A stretch of 64,000 nucleotides of DNA from Alphaproteobacteria bacterium (GTDB lineage: Bacteria; Pseudomonadota; Alphaproteobacteria; G965222575), in NCBI GenBank assembly GCA_965222575.1, contig OZ244958.1, positions 192,001-256,000 on the forward strand. The letters run 5' to 3'. This document shows positions 19,697 through 29,406 of the stretch, one piece after another. How positions within the stretch are numbered: the first letter of the stretch is position 1; each line of letters starts with the position of its first letter. The translations under genes and the position numbers were made by a program. Below the pieces are notes generated by a model. That model was given only the letters and a program-made list of their open reading frames with translations, searched no databases and had not been told where the DNA came from.

Positions 19697-21064
19697 TTAT
19701 TGATGCAGTGGAAGACCAATGGCATGGAGGATTGATTCAGGGAGAGCCTCTGAGAAAGTGGGATGAGGGAAAACGGTATGGAGGAAGTCTTCTTCAGTTG
19801 TCTCAAGGGTCATAGCAACAGCAATGGTACCGATGAGTTCTGTAACATGAGCGCCAATGAGGTGAGCGCCAATGAGTTCGCCAGTGGTTTTATGGAAGAG
19901 GGTCTTAACCAATCCCTGTGAGTGGTTGGTTGCAATGGCTTTGCCATTGCCTGTGAAAGGGAAGCGTCCAATGTTAAGGGGAATATTTTTCTCCTCTGCC
20001 TCCTGTTGGGACAATCCTATGGAGGCAATCTGAGGAGCGGTATAGATAGCATCAGGAATGAGAGGGGGGGTATGAGAAGCGGGGGCTTTTCCTGCTATGG
20101 CATCAGCGCACAGGAGTCCTTCATGAGAAGCCTTATGAGCAAGACAAGGAGGTTTTGTGACATCTCCAATGGCGTAAACGCCCTCAACAGAGGTTTTTCC
20201 ATAGTCTTTTGTAGGGATATATCCTTGTGTGATATCAAGGCCTAAGTTTTCAAGGCCTAAGTTTTCCACATTCGCTTTCACGCCAACCGCTAGGAGGGCT
20301 TTATCGGCTTTGAGGGTTTTGCCGCCTTTAAGTGTTGCGCAAATAGAGGGGGTGAGTTCAGTGATTGTTGTATTCGTATAAAATGTAATGCCCTGTTGTT
20401 CGAAAGACTTTCGTGCAATATCACTAATTTCCTTATCGCAAGCAGGCAAGATACGAGGCAAGGCTTCCACGACGGTGACTTCCGAGCCAAGGGTCTGAAA
20501 GAACCAAGCGAATTCCATGCCGATAGCCCCAGAGCCGATAACAAGCAAGGAAGAGGGAAGTTTAGGCACAGACAAAGCCCCTTTGTAGGTGAGAATGGTT
20601 TTTTCATCTGGTTTGATATGAGGGAGTGTTTTCGCTCTAGCCCCTGTGGCAATAATGAGATGTTGATAAGTGAGCGAAAGGGTTTCAGAAACAATGACTT
20701 TTTTGAGGTCTGGCAAGTATGCACGTCCTTTGAAGAGGGCGATTTTATGTTTTTTCATCAAGTGTGAGATGCCCGTTGAAAGGGTTTTGACTGCTTTTTG
20801 AGACGCTTGATGCATAAGGGTCAAATCAAGAGGTTTTTCAACCGTCATAGTAAGTCCGAAGTGTTGAGCTTGTTGAGCAAATTGGAACAGTTCAGCAGCA
20901 TGTAAGAGGGCTTTTGTAGGGATACAACCCCAGTTGAGACAAATACCGCCTAATTTTTTTTCTTCAACTAACGCCACACTAAGCCCCCTTTGTGCGGCGC
21001 GAATGGCGGCTACATACCCGCCGGGCCCACCGCCAATAACAATAACATCAAAATCTTTTTTCAT
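19697..21064 (-). CDS. lpdA: Dihydrolipoyl dehydrogenase (E3)
   Basis: GGGPGGY, GGICLNWGCIPTK and HPTFSE. Confidence 0.98.
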   Translation of the reverse strand: MKKDFDVIVIGGGPGGYVAAIRAAQRGLSVALVEEKKLGGICLNWGCIPTKALLHAAELFQFAQQAQHFGLTMTVEKPLDLTLMHQASQKAVKTLSTGISHLMKKHKIALFKGRAYLPDLKKVIVSETLSLTYQHLIIATGARAKTLPHIKPDEKTILTYKGALSVPKLPSSLLVIGSGAIGMEFAWFFQTLGSEVTVVEALPRILPACDKEISDIARKSFEQQGITFYTNTTITELTPSICATLKGGKTLKADKALLAVGVKANVENLGLENLGLDITQGYIPTKDYGKTSVEGVYAIGDVTKPPCLAHKASHEGLLCADAIAGKAPASHTPPLIPDAIYTAPQIASIGLSQQEAEEKNIPLNIGRFPFTGNGKAIATNHSQGLVKTLFHKTTGELIGAHLIGAHVTELIGTIAVAMTLETTEEDFLHTVFPHPTFSEALPESILHAIGLPLHQ

Positions 21065-22302
21065 GAGAGAAAGAGTGTGAAAGGTCTGCGCTCAATAAGA
21101 AGAGAAAAAGTTTCCAAGAAGGCAGCACCTTGAGTGCCATTAATACACCGATGGTCTAAAGACAAGGAAACAGACATAACAGGTTTACTGCAAATATGCC
21201 CTTCTATAGAGACAGGTTTTTCCAGCACAGCCCCAACAGACAAGATAGCACCTTGCGGTTCATTAATAATCGCATAAAAGGTCTCCACACCAAACATGCC
21301 AAGATTTGAAACAGTAAAAGCTCCCCCTTGATACTGTTCCGGAGAAAGCTTTCTGTCACGGGCTTTTTGTACAAGTACTTTGAGTTCTTTTGATATCTCA
21401 AAGAGTGTCTTGCCATGAGCATTTTTAATAACAGGCGTCATAAGTCCATCCTCTACAGCAACAGCACAAGCCACATCAATCGACTGAAATTGCCGAATAT
21501 ATCCCTCCTCCCACTGAACATTCACAGAAGGATGCTCTTTCAAAGCAAGTACTACCGCTTTGATAATGGCATCATTAAGAGAGATTTTTTGAGGTTTTTC
21601 TCTCCCTTCATTGACTTGCTCTCTAAGGGCCATAAGCTTCTCCATGAAGACTGAGCGCGTCAAATAGAAATGAGGGACATGGGTTTTGCTATGGGTCATA
21701 CGCTCAGCAATGACCTGCTGCATACCACTGAGTTCAATTTTTTGAGACGTCACAGAAGAGGAAGCAAGAACATCTCTCTTGACAATACGCCCCCCGGGCC
21801 CTGAGCCTGTAAGAGAAGCAAGGGAAATGCCCGCCTCTTTCGCTAACCGTTTGGCTAAAGGGGAAGCGAAAATCCGCTCTTTTGATGCAGTGCTAACTGT
21901 AGGGTCTGGTGTATCCATAGAAGCATCTTGCACTTTAGGTGTTGAGGAAGACCGCTCTTTTGATACAGCGCTGACTGTAGGGGCTGGTGTATCTGTGGAA
22001 ACGTCTTCCCCTTTAGGTGTTAGGGAAGGCGTTGGAAGATTTTCAAGGAGTGAAGGGTCATCCCCTTCTTCTAAGAGTGCGACGAGGGGGGTATTGACAG
22101 GGATAGGGTTACGACTTTGAGGGATGAGAATTTTACCGACGATTCCCACTTCAACGGCTTCCCATTCCATAAGAGCTTTATCGGTTTCAATTTCCGCTAA
22201 TAGCTCTCCCCCTTTGAGTTTATCTCCTTCTTTTATATGCCATTTTGCAATTTTTCCCTCTTTCATAGTGGGAGATAGGGCTGGCATTTCAAGGAATATC
22301 AT
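21061..22302 (-). CDS. pdhC: Pyruvate dehydrogenase E2 dihydrolipoamide acetyltransferase
   Basis: [11 protein letters not shown], lipoyl EIETDKA, ASPLAKRLA E3-binding domain and DHR. Confidence 0.97.
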   Translation of the reverse strand: MIFLEMPALSPTMKEGKIAKWHIKEGDKLKGGELLAEIETDKALMEWEAVEVGIVGKILIPQSRNPIPVNTPLVALLEEGDDPSLLENLPTPSLTPKGEDVSTDTPAPTVSAVSKERSSSTPKVQDASMDTPDPTVSTASKERIFASPLAKRLAKEAGISLASLTGSGPGGRIVKRDVLASSSVTSQKIELSGMQQVIAERMTHSKTHVPHFYLTRSVFMEKLMALREQVNEGREKPQKISLNDAIIKAVVLALKEHPSVNVQWEEGYIRQFQSIDVACAVAVEDGLMTPVIKNAHGKTLFEISKELKVLVQKARDRKLSPEQYQGGAFTVSNLGMFGVETFYAIINEPQGAILSVGAVLEKPVSIEGHICSKPVMSVSLSLDHRCINGTQGAAFLETFSLLIERRPFTLFLS

Positions 22303-22527
22303 AGCGTTTAGGGTTTTTCCACGAGGTTTTTAGAGGCTTTGACAATATTGTCTGGTTCAATTTCCGCTAATAGCTCTCCCCCTTTGAGTTTATCTTTTTC
22401 TTTTATATGCCATTTTGCAATTTTTCCCTCTTTCATAGTGGGAGATAGGGCTAGCATTTCAAGGAATATCATAGCGTTTAGGGTTTTTCCACGAGATTTT
22501 TAGAAGCTTTGACAATATCGTCAGGTT
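22186..22527. repeat. Tandem direct duplication with 170-bp period spanning the pdhB 3' end and pdhC 5' end
   Basis: TTCAATTTCCGCTAATAGCTCTCCC... begins at 22186 and at 22356; the copies differ by only a few substitutions. Confidence 0.95.
22308..22472 (-). CDS. 54-aa chimeric ORF created by the duplication (PdhC N-terminus fused to PdhB C-terminus); may be non-functional
   Basis: Hand translation [54 protein letters not shown]. Confidence 0.5.
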   Translation of the reverse strand: MIFLEMLALSPTMKEGKIAKWHIKEKDKLKGGELLAEIEPDNIVKASKNLVEKP

Positions 22528-23494
22528 GTGGCAGGGCTTGTGTTTCGAGGTTAGTGGCATAGGGCAAGGGGACATCGGCACCTGAGAGTCTTGCAACTGG
22601 GGCATCGAGCCAATCAAATCCTTGTTGTGTAATGACAGCAATGAGTTCAGCGCCGATACCACAGGCAGGCCATCCTTCTTCTACGATGAGTGCCTTGTGG
22701 GTTTTTTTGACGGAGTTGATAATGGTGTTGGTATCCATAGGCCGTAAGGAGCGCAAGTCAATAAGTTCAGGGGAAATGTTGTAGTGATTTTTTAAGATTG
22801 TAGCAGCTTTCAAGCATTTATGCACACCCATAGCATAGGAAATGATTGTCAGGTCATCTCCTTTGATGGTGATGGAAGCAGAGCCTAGTGGCACGAGAAG
22901 ATTTTTATCATTAGGGACATCTCCTTTGAGGTTATAGAGGACTTCATTTTCTAGGCAAATGACGGGATTATTGTCTCTGATGGCAGATTTTAGTAGTCCT
23001 TTTGCGTCTGCTGGGGAGTAAGGAGCGATGACTTTTAGTCCTGGGATATGAGCGAACCAAGCGGCGAAGCATTGTGAGTGTTGAGCGGCGACTTGAGCGG
23101 CGGCGCCATTTGGGCCTCTGAAAACAATAGGGACATTGAGTTGTCCTCCTGACATATAGAGGGTTTTAGCGGCGGAGTTGACAATCTGGTCCATAGCCTG
23201 CAGGGAGAAGTTAAAGGTCATAAACTCCACAATGGGGCGTAAGCCGTAGTAAGCAGCCCCAACGGCTATGCCGGCGAAGCCTGCTTCTGTAATGGGGGTA
23301 TCAATGACGCGTTGTGGTCCAAATTGCGCTAGCATGCCTTCTGTGACTTTGTAGGCACCTTGGTATTCAGCGACTTCTTCTCCTAGAATAAAAACATCCT
23401 CATTAGCTTCCATTTCTTCTCTCATAGCCGCTCTAAGCGCCTCACGCACACTAAGGGAAGAGGAAGCAGCGGTGGGGGCGTTGTTGTTAGACAT
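22478..23494 (-). CDS. pdhB: Pyruvate dehydrogenase E1 beta
   Basis: [20 protein letters not shown] and [17 protein letters not shown]; no N-terminal lipoyl domain. Confidence 0.98.
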   Translation of the reverse strand: MSNNNAPTAASSSLSVREALRAAMREEMEANEDVFILGEEVAEYQGAYKVTEGMLAQFGPQRVIDTPITEAGFAGIAVGAAYYGLRPIVEFMTFNFSLQAMDQIVNSAAKTLYMSGGQLNVPIVFRGPNGAAAQVAAQHSQCFAAWFAHIPGLKVIAPYSPADAKGLLKSAIRDNNPVICLENEVLYNLKGDVPNDKNLLVPLGSASITIKGDDLTIISYAMGVHKCLKAATILKNHYNISPELIDLRSLRPMDTNTIINSVKKTHKALIVEEGWPACGIGAELIAVITQQGFDWLDAPVARLSGADVPLPYATNLETQALPQPDDIVKASKNLVEKP

Positions 23495-23503
23495 TGTGTG
23501 GGG

Positions 23504-24475
23504 TCAAAGGGTTACATCTGTGTAGAGGTCTTCAGGAGGAGGAAGGGGGGCTTTGAGTGCGTCTTTAGCAACTGTCATCATTTGTTTACGGGCTGCATTG
23601 TCAATTTGTTGCAGGGTTTCCTCATCGACCCCGTTTTTAAGGAGGATTTTTTGGAGACGTGTGAGGCAATCCTTATGGTCTTTGACCTGTTGGACTTCTT
23701 CTTTTGAGCGGTATTGTCCTGGGTCTGACATGGAGTGTCCTTTATATCGATATGTCATCATTTCGAGGACTAGCGGTCCTTTTTTTGAGCGGACGCTTGC
23801 GGCGGCTTTTTGTGTTTCCCGAGTAACAGCTAGAACATCCAAGCCATCAATTTTTTTTCCTTTAACGCCGAAATGAACGCCTTTTTGAGAGAGTTCCGTG
23901 TAAGCTGTTGAGCGTTTGAGAGCTGTTCCCATACCATAGAGGTTATTTTCAATGATATAGAGAATAGGGAGTTTCCATAAAGCGGCCATATTCATTGCCT
24001 CATAGACCTGTCCTTGATTAGCAGCCCCATCTCCATAGAAGCAAGCGGTGATATGGTTAGTATTTTTATAACGTTGTGCAAGTGCAATGCCGGTTCCCAA
24101 GGGGACATTTGCCCCTACAACGCCATGTCCGCCGTAAAAGTTTTTCTTCAAGGAAAACATATGCATACTACCGCCCTTCCCTTTTGAGTAGCCATTCCGC
24201 CTGCCAACGAGCTCAGCCATAACTCTCAGAGGAGACATATTCATAGCAATCATTTGACCATGGTCTCTGTAAGTTGTAATGACTGCATCTTCTTTTTTAA
24301 GGACTGCAAGAACGCCTGCTACAACGGCTTCCTGTCCAAGGCACAGATGACAAAATCCCCCAATCTCGCCTTTTGTGTACAGGACGCTCACGCGCTCTTC
24401 AAAACGTCTGATTCGTATCATCTGCCGATACAGCTCTATCATTTTGTCTTTTGAAAGAGAGAACTCTGTAGCCAT
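23504..24475 (-). CDS. pdhA: Pyruvate dehydrogenase E1 alpha
   Basis: GGFCHL, GKGGSMH, GDGAANQGQ and YRYKGHSMSDP. Confidence 0.98.
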   Translation of the reverse strand: MATEFSLSKDKMIELYRQMIRIRRFEERVSVLYTKGEIGGFCHLCLGQEAVVAGVLAVLKKEDAVITTYRDHGQMIAMNMSPLRVMAELVGRRNGYSKGKGGSMHMFSLKKNFYGGHGVVGANVPLGTGIALAQRYKNTNHITACFYGDGAANQGQVYEAMNMAALWKLPILYIIENNLYGMGTALKRSTAYTELSQKGVHFGVKGKKIDGLDVLAVTRETQKAAASVRSKKGPLVLEMMTYRYKGHSMSDPGQYRSKEEVQQVKDHKDCLTRLQKILLKNGVDEETLQQIDNAARKQMMTVAKDALKAPLPPPEDLYTDVTL

Positions 24476-24777
24476 TATTCCTCCTTGTTTGGCAAGATGA
24501 GATATTCTGTTGGTGCGTGAAAGCCAAAGGTATCTTTTAATCGCTCTTCCAGCAAATCCATCTTTAAGGTATCAGAACTGAGATTGTTAACATGAACCGT
24601 TAAGGCTTCCACCTGTTTTTTAGTAGAGATAAGTTCTTGAGAAAGTGTTGTGCGTATGGTACGCAGCTTCCAATAATCCCGTAATCCGAAATCATCCCAA
24701 ACCATGCCGTAAGCTATGTACAATGACAAACACGCCAACACCACAAGACCAAAAATATATTTTAAGGATGCTATCAT
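24475..24777 (-). CDS. ftsB: Septum formation initiator (FtsB/DivIC family)
   Basis: Single TM, coiled coil and DLLEER; usual position upstream of pdhA. Confidence 0.75.
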   Translation of the reverse strand: MIASLKYIFGLVVLACLSLYIAYGMVWDDFGLRDYWKLRTIRTTLSQELISTKKQVEALTVHVNNLSSDTLKMDLLEERLKDTFGFHAPTEYLILPNKEE

Positions 24778-24927
24778 AGTCTATTTATTGTGACCGCTAT
24801 TGATGAAATTGTCTAGTAAGAACTCAGTTCTCTCCCCTTTTCTCAAGTGTGTTGGGGGTTTTCGTCAAAGAGAGGAGTAGAGACTCACCGCAACCCCTGC
24901 CTGCTTTATGGAGAAGAGGGGGGACTA

Positions 24928-25440
24928 CTAGTTTTCAGTAGGCACTGGTTGTGGCTGTAGGACGGACACAAAGTTTGCTTCTGCTGTCATGTGATCATTG
25001 ACGGTGCAGAAGCCTTTAAGGGAAAAGAATCGTTTCCCGCGCAGAGGTCTATCTGTGTCTACGATTACCTTAACAATCATAACATCTCCGGGCAGGACGG
25101 GGCGTTTGAAGACGAGGTTTGTGACTTTGACAAGATAGGGAGTCATGTGTCTGAGTTCATCAGTAGAGGTATCGCGTGGAAACCATGGTTGTTTAGAGAA
25201 AGCTTCTAAGGATAAATAAATAAATAAAAGGCCTGTTTGGGCAATACTTTCCATTTGCAGGACGCCGGGCATGATAGGATTGTTTGGGAAGTGTCCCTGA
25301 AAAAAAGGTTCGTTATAGGAAAGGTTTTTTTGACAGGTGATGGTTTTCCCTTTTTGTATGTCAAGGATTTTATCCACCATGAGGAAGGGTGCCCTATGGG
25401 GTAGGAGACTTAAAATCTCTTCAATGGAAGATTTTGTCAT
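24928..25440 (-). CDS. fabZ: 3-hydroxyacyl-ACP dehydratase
   Basis: LPHRAPFLMVD and FFQGHFPNNPIMPGVL. Confidence 0.96.
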   Translation of the reverse strand: MTKSSIEEILSLLPHRAPFLMVDKILDIQKGKTITCQKNLSYNEPFFQGHFPNNPIMPGVLQMESIAQTGLLFIYLSLEAFSKQPWFPRDTSTDELRHMTPYLVKVTNLVFKRPVLPGDVMIVKVIVDTDRPLRGKRFFSLKGFCTVNDHMTAEANFVSVLQPQPVPTEN

Positions 25441-25471
25441 GTCTCTACTTTTCCCATCATTGAGGTTTATA

Positions 25472-26038
25472 TTATTGTAGGGCTTTTGGTTTGTCTAAGG
25501 TAACGTTAGGCAAAGTGGCATCAAGTTTTTTTAAGAATTCCACAGTGAGGTCTAGGGAGAAGTGAAAATAAATAGCGGATTCTCTTTGTAGCACGGCCAT
25601 GACTTTTTGACTTTTGCCGTAATCAGCCACGAGTTTGCTTAAGGCATAGAAGATTTCATCATTAGCTTTTTCCATAGAGTTTTTGAGTTCATTTTCAGTT
25701 CTTTGGACATCTTCTTGGAATCCGAGGACGTTGCGGGCGAATTTTTGTCGTTCCAGCGCCCAGACTTCGGGAGAGACGAGCTCTTGGCTTTTTTCTAAGG
25801 CTAAGTCTTGTTCTTTTAGTTTTTCCTGTAGAGGCGTGAAGTAGATTTGTAATTTTTTCTTATGGTCTTCCAGTTGTTTTTCCACATCGGCATAAGCCTT
25901 TGAGTTTTTGACGACCTTTTCAAAGTCTACGAAAATGACTTTTCCCTCTAAGGATTCGGCAATGACAGGGTTAACGACGAACAGGCAAGCGGCCAGTGAG
26001 AAGAGTCCGCAAGAAAGATAAAAGCTGAAACGAGGCAT
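25472..26038 (-). CDS. skp: Skp/OmpH periplasmic chaperone
   Basis: Signal peptide, long coiled coil and DLT..LKKLD C-terminus; lies between bamA and fabZ. Confidence 0.85.
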   Translation of the reverse strand: MPRFSFYLSCGLFSLAACLFVVNPVIAESLEGKVIFVDFEKVVKNSKAYADVEKQLEDHKKKLQIYFTPLQEKLKEQDLALEKSQELVSPEVWALERQKFARNVLGFQEDVQRTENELKNSMEKANDEIFYALSKLVADYGKSQKVMAVLQRESAIYFHFSLDLTVEFLKKLDATLPNVTLDKPKALQ

Positions 26039-26080
26039 AAGAGGTCTCCTTGAAAATAATGTTAGGGAAGTTCTATCATA

Positions 26081-28348
26081 CTAAAATAGCGTACCAATGG
26101 AAAACAAAAAATATTGTGTTCTATCATAAGGTTCTGACCTGAGGACTTTTGTCCAGCTGAATTGGAGTTGTCCGGCGGGAGAATTCCAGATAAAAGCAAA
26201 TCCTGTTGTGAGGCGGATTTTGCTACTATCCCAGTAGGAGCCTACGTTAGAGCCTGCATCAATTTTCGAAAGATTGCCCGCAAGAAGAAAAAACTTGCCA
26301 AAGAAACCAAGGCCTTGAGAGATAGGAAACTTCACAGAGCCCTCTGCTAAGTAATAAAAGTTTCCGCCTAAAGCTTCAAGTCGTCTTTTATCTCTAGGGC
26401 CTATGCCCCAATAGTCGAAGCCTAAGAATTCGTGTCCCCCTAAATTGAAGCGCTGCCCTGACTTGATGGTTCCCTGTCCAATGCCTGTGACATGCCCTAT
26501 TTTGAAGATAGTCTGTAAGGTAAAGGTTTGGGATAAGGGATAGTAATGACTATACTTTGCTGTTGTTCTCAGATACTTATTGTGACCGCCGAGACCGGCG
26601 AGGTCTTGACTCCATCGTAAAGCAAGACCTCTTGTGGGATAGTAATAGTTATTGGTTAAGTTGTAATTGAGGGTATAGCCAACGCTTGAGGTATAAGAGA
26701 CTCCTTCTTTATCCTTTAGGAGGTCGGAGGTTGCTTCTGGTAAATCCGTGATGAATGTTCTTGTTAAGGAGTAACGTGCTGATTGCGTTAAATTAGAAGT
26801 ATACCGCCATCCGAAGCTTACTCCTGTTCCAATGGTGTTACCGTTGTAAGAATAATAGGTTCCTTTTTTGTAATTCTGTTTATAAAGATGCAAAGTTGCC
26901 GATAAGGGCAGTCCGCGAAATCTTGGCTCTGTATAGCTGAAGTTAATGCTAGAGGTTCCTTTTGAAGTATCCAAGGTGAGATTTATACCCCGTCCTGTTC
27001 CCATGAAGTTATTTTCGCCGAAATCAATCTGTAAGGAAAAGCCCTCAAGATTAGAATATCCGCCGCCAATCATGAATCGACCAGTAGGCTGTTCTTTGAC
27101 ACTCACATTGAGAACGACCCACCCCTCTTTACTAGCTGGTTCTGTGGTGATAGAGACATTGGCAAAGAAGCCCGTTGCCATGAGTCGTCTTTCTGACTGT
27201 TTGAGGAAAATGTCATTGAAGGCATCCCCTTCTACAATGAGGAGTTCGCGTCTAATGACGCGGTCGTATGTTCTAGTATTCCCATAGATGCGGATTTTAT
27301 CCACATACTGGTAGGGAGCTTGTTGCACGAGGAAGTGGAGATCCACAGTGGAGGCGGTATGATTTAAGGAGAGTTTTGGCATAATAGTGAGGAAGACATC
27401 ATGTCCTTGCTTAAAGTTGCGGATAAGAGAATCCACAAGGTCATCCACAGCGAAATAGTTATAGACATGCCCGGGTTTGAGGGTAATGCGTTTTCTGAGG
27501 GCGTCGAGGTCTACATAGGAGACTTCTGAGTCGACAGTAATTTTGCCATAGCGGTACAAGTCCCCTTCTTCAATGACAAAGGTGAGGACTAAAGCCTGTT
27601 GATTGGCCATCAGTTCTGTGACAGAGGCGGTGACTTTCACATCAGCATATCCCCGCGATAAATAGTATTGCATAATAAGCGACTGGTCATAAGCGATTCT
27701 ATCGTTATCATACACCGAGGTAGCGGACGAAAATCGCAAGCCCTTACGTTCTTTAGAAATAATGACTTTTCGTAATGTTCTATCTGAGAAGACATGGTTA
27801 CCGGAAAAGAGGATTTTTTCGATTTTACGTTTTGCACCAGAAAAGAGCTCAAAGACAACATCCACACGATTTTGGGTTCTATAAATGAGTTTAGGGGTGA
27901 CTTTAGCGGCAAAGTATCCATTTTTAGAAAAGAGCTGTAAAATGCGGTTGACATCCGCTTCGAGTTTTCGTTTTGTGTAAGGGGCTCTGGATTTGAGGAG
28001 CAGGTCAGCACGCAAGGTATCATCTGAGAGTTTGGTAGACCCTTCAAAGAAGATTTTATTCACAATAGGCGTTTCTTTGACCGTAATGACTAAGACATTA
28101 TCAGCTTGCATGGTGAAGGAGACATCTTCAAAGAGTCCCGTTTTATAGAGGTTTTTAAGAGCAGCATCCAGGATTTCATCGGTAATGACCATCTGTTTGC
28201 CTAAAGCGACATAAGAGAGGATGGTTTCTGTCTGTACTCTTTTGTTCCCGACGCACAGGACTTTTGAGATAGTCCAGGTACGGGCACTAAGGGGCTGTGA
28301 CAAGAGCGGCGTCAGGAGAAAGAGCAAGAAGAGGAGGCGTTTCATCAT
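26081..28348 (-). CDS. bamA: Outer membrane protein assembly factor BamA
   Basis: POTRA repeats (GNKRV..ETI, GNTRTYDRVIRRE), beta-barrel and C-terminal FSIGTLF. ATG at 28348 overlaps the rseP stop. Confidence 0.97.
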   Translation of the reverse strand: MMKRLLFLLFLLTPLLSQPLSARTWTISKVLCVGNKRVQTETILSYVALGKQMVITDEILDAALKNLYKTGLFEDVSFTMQADNVLVITVKETPIVNKIFFEGSTKLSDDTLRADLLLKSRAPYTKRKLEADVNRILQLFSKNGYFAAKVTPKLIYRTQNRVDVVFELFSGAKRKIEKILFSGNHVFSDRTLRKVIISKERKGLRFSSATSVYDNDRIAYDQSLIMQYYLSRGYADVKVTASVTELMANQQALVLTFVIEEGDLYRYGKITVDSEVSYVDLDALRKRITLKPGHVYNYFAVDDLVDSLIRNFKQGHDVFLTIMPKLSLNHTASTVDLHFLVQQAPYQYVDKIRIYGNTRTYDRVIRRELLIVEGDAFNDIFLKQSERRLMATGFFANVSITTEPASKEGWVVLNVSVKEQPTGRFMIGGGYSNLEGFSLQIDFGENNFMGTGRGINLTLDTSKGTSSINFSYTEPRFRGLPLSATLHLYKQNYKKGTYYSYNGNTIGTGVSFGWRYTSNLTQSARYSLTRTFITDLPEATSDLLKDKEGVSYTSSVGYTLNYNLTNNYYYPTRGLALRWSQDLAGLGGHNKYLRTTAKYSHYYPLSQTFTLQTIFKIGHVTGIGQGTIKSGQRFNLGGHEFLGFDYWGIGPRDKRRLEALGGNFYYLAEGSVKFPISQGLGFFGKFFLLAGNLSKIDAGSNVGSYWDSSKIRLTTGFAFIWNSPAGQLQFSWTKVLRSEPYDRTQYFLFSIGTLF

Positions 28349-29406
28349 GAGAAAAAAGTCAAGATATCGTTCCATGTTGCAAAGAGGATTAAGGCAATCA
28401 ACAGGCATGCACCAGCAATCATGAGAAGTTCTTGGAAACGTCTAGGCAGTGGTTTTCCTATAAGGCCTTCTAGGAGATAGAAGAGCAAATGCCCTCCATC
28501 TAAAGCAGGAATAGGCAAGAGGTTGAGCAGGCCGAGGCTAATAGATAAGAGCGCTGTGAAATTAATCAGTGGAGCGAGTCCAGCACGTGCGGCTTCTCCG
28601 GACATTTTTGCAATACCAACAGGACCAGCTAAGGAGTCTATAGGCGTTTTTTTCACAAACAAGCCGCCAACAGCGCGCGCAATCATCACAGTTAAGTCGT
28701 AAACTCTCCTGAGGCTTTGGAAGAGAGCTTGCGGAGGGGAGAGCAACTGATAGGCATACTGTCCACTGCTCATAATCCCCAGTCTGCCCGGCGATACAGA
28801 AGCACTGGAACGGTCTAGTACAACAGAAAGTTCCGCCTCATCACGCCTGATGAGAATGTGAAAAGGGAGACTGGGGGATTGTTGAAAGAATTGTACGATA
28901 TCATTAAAGGTAGCAACTTGTGTGTCCCCTAAGGCTAGGATACGGTCGCCTGCTTTCAGTCCTATGGTAGAAGCCGCAGAATTGTTCTGTACCTTTCCAA
29001 TAACGGGAGCAAGTTGCGGCTGTCCCGCAACAGTATAGAGAGCGACCAAGAGCAGTAGCGCTAAGGCAAAATTCGCAACAGGTCCCGCTAGCACCACCAA
29101 GACTCTGGAGAGCAAAGGGTATTGCCAAAATTCCTTATGGTTTGGTTGGGGAATAGGGGGGGGGCGTTTCTTATCCGGAGGCAGCATATCCCCTTGGAAC
29201 TTGACATATCCCCCTAGAGGAATGGAGGCAATTTGAAAGGAGGTGTTGCCTTTTGATTGCCACTTGTAAAGAGGCTTGCCAAAGCCTATAGAGAAGATTT
29301 TCGCCCTAATACCACAGGCCTTGCCAACCCAAAAGTGTCCCGCCTCGTGAACAAGGACAAGGAGGAAAAAGATAAGAAGAAATGTCAAAAGTGAGAGAAC
29401 AATCAT
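28345..29406 (-). CDS. rseP: RIP metalloprotease RseP
   Basis: HEAGH, FSIGFG, PLGGYV, PDZ domain and NLLPIPALDGG. Confidence 0.97.
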   Translation of the reverse strand: MIVLSLLTFLLIFFLLVLVHEAGHFWVGKACGIRAKIFSIGFGKPLYKWQSKGNTSFQIASIPLGGYVKFQGDMLPPDKKRPPPIPQPNHKEFWQYPLLSRVLVVLAGPVANFALALLLLVALYTVAGQPQLAPVIGKVQNNSAASTIGLKAGDRILALGDTQVATFNDIVQFFQQSPSLPFHILIRRDEAELSVVLDRSSASVSPGRLGIMSSGQYAYQLLSPPQALFQSLRRVYDLTVMIARAVGGLFVKKTPIDSLAGPVGIAKMSGEAARAGLAPLINFTALLSISLGLLNLLPIPALDGGHLLFYLLEGLIGKPLPRRFQELLMIAGACLLIALILFATWNDILTFFS

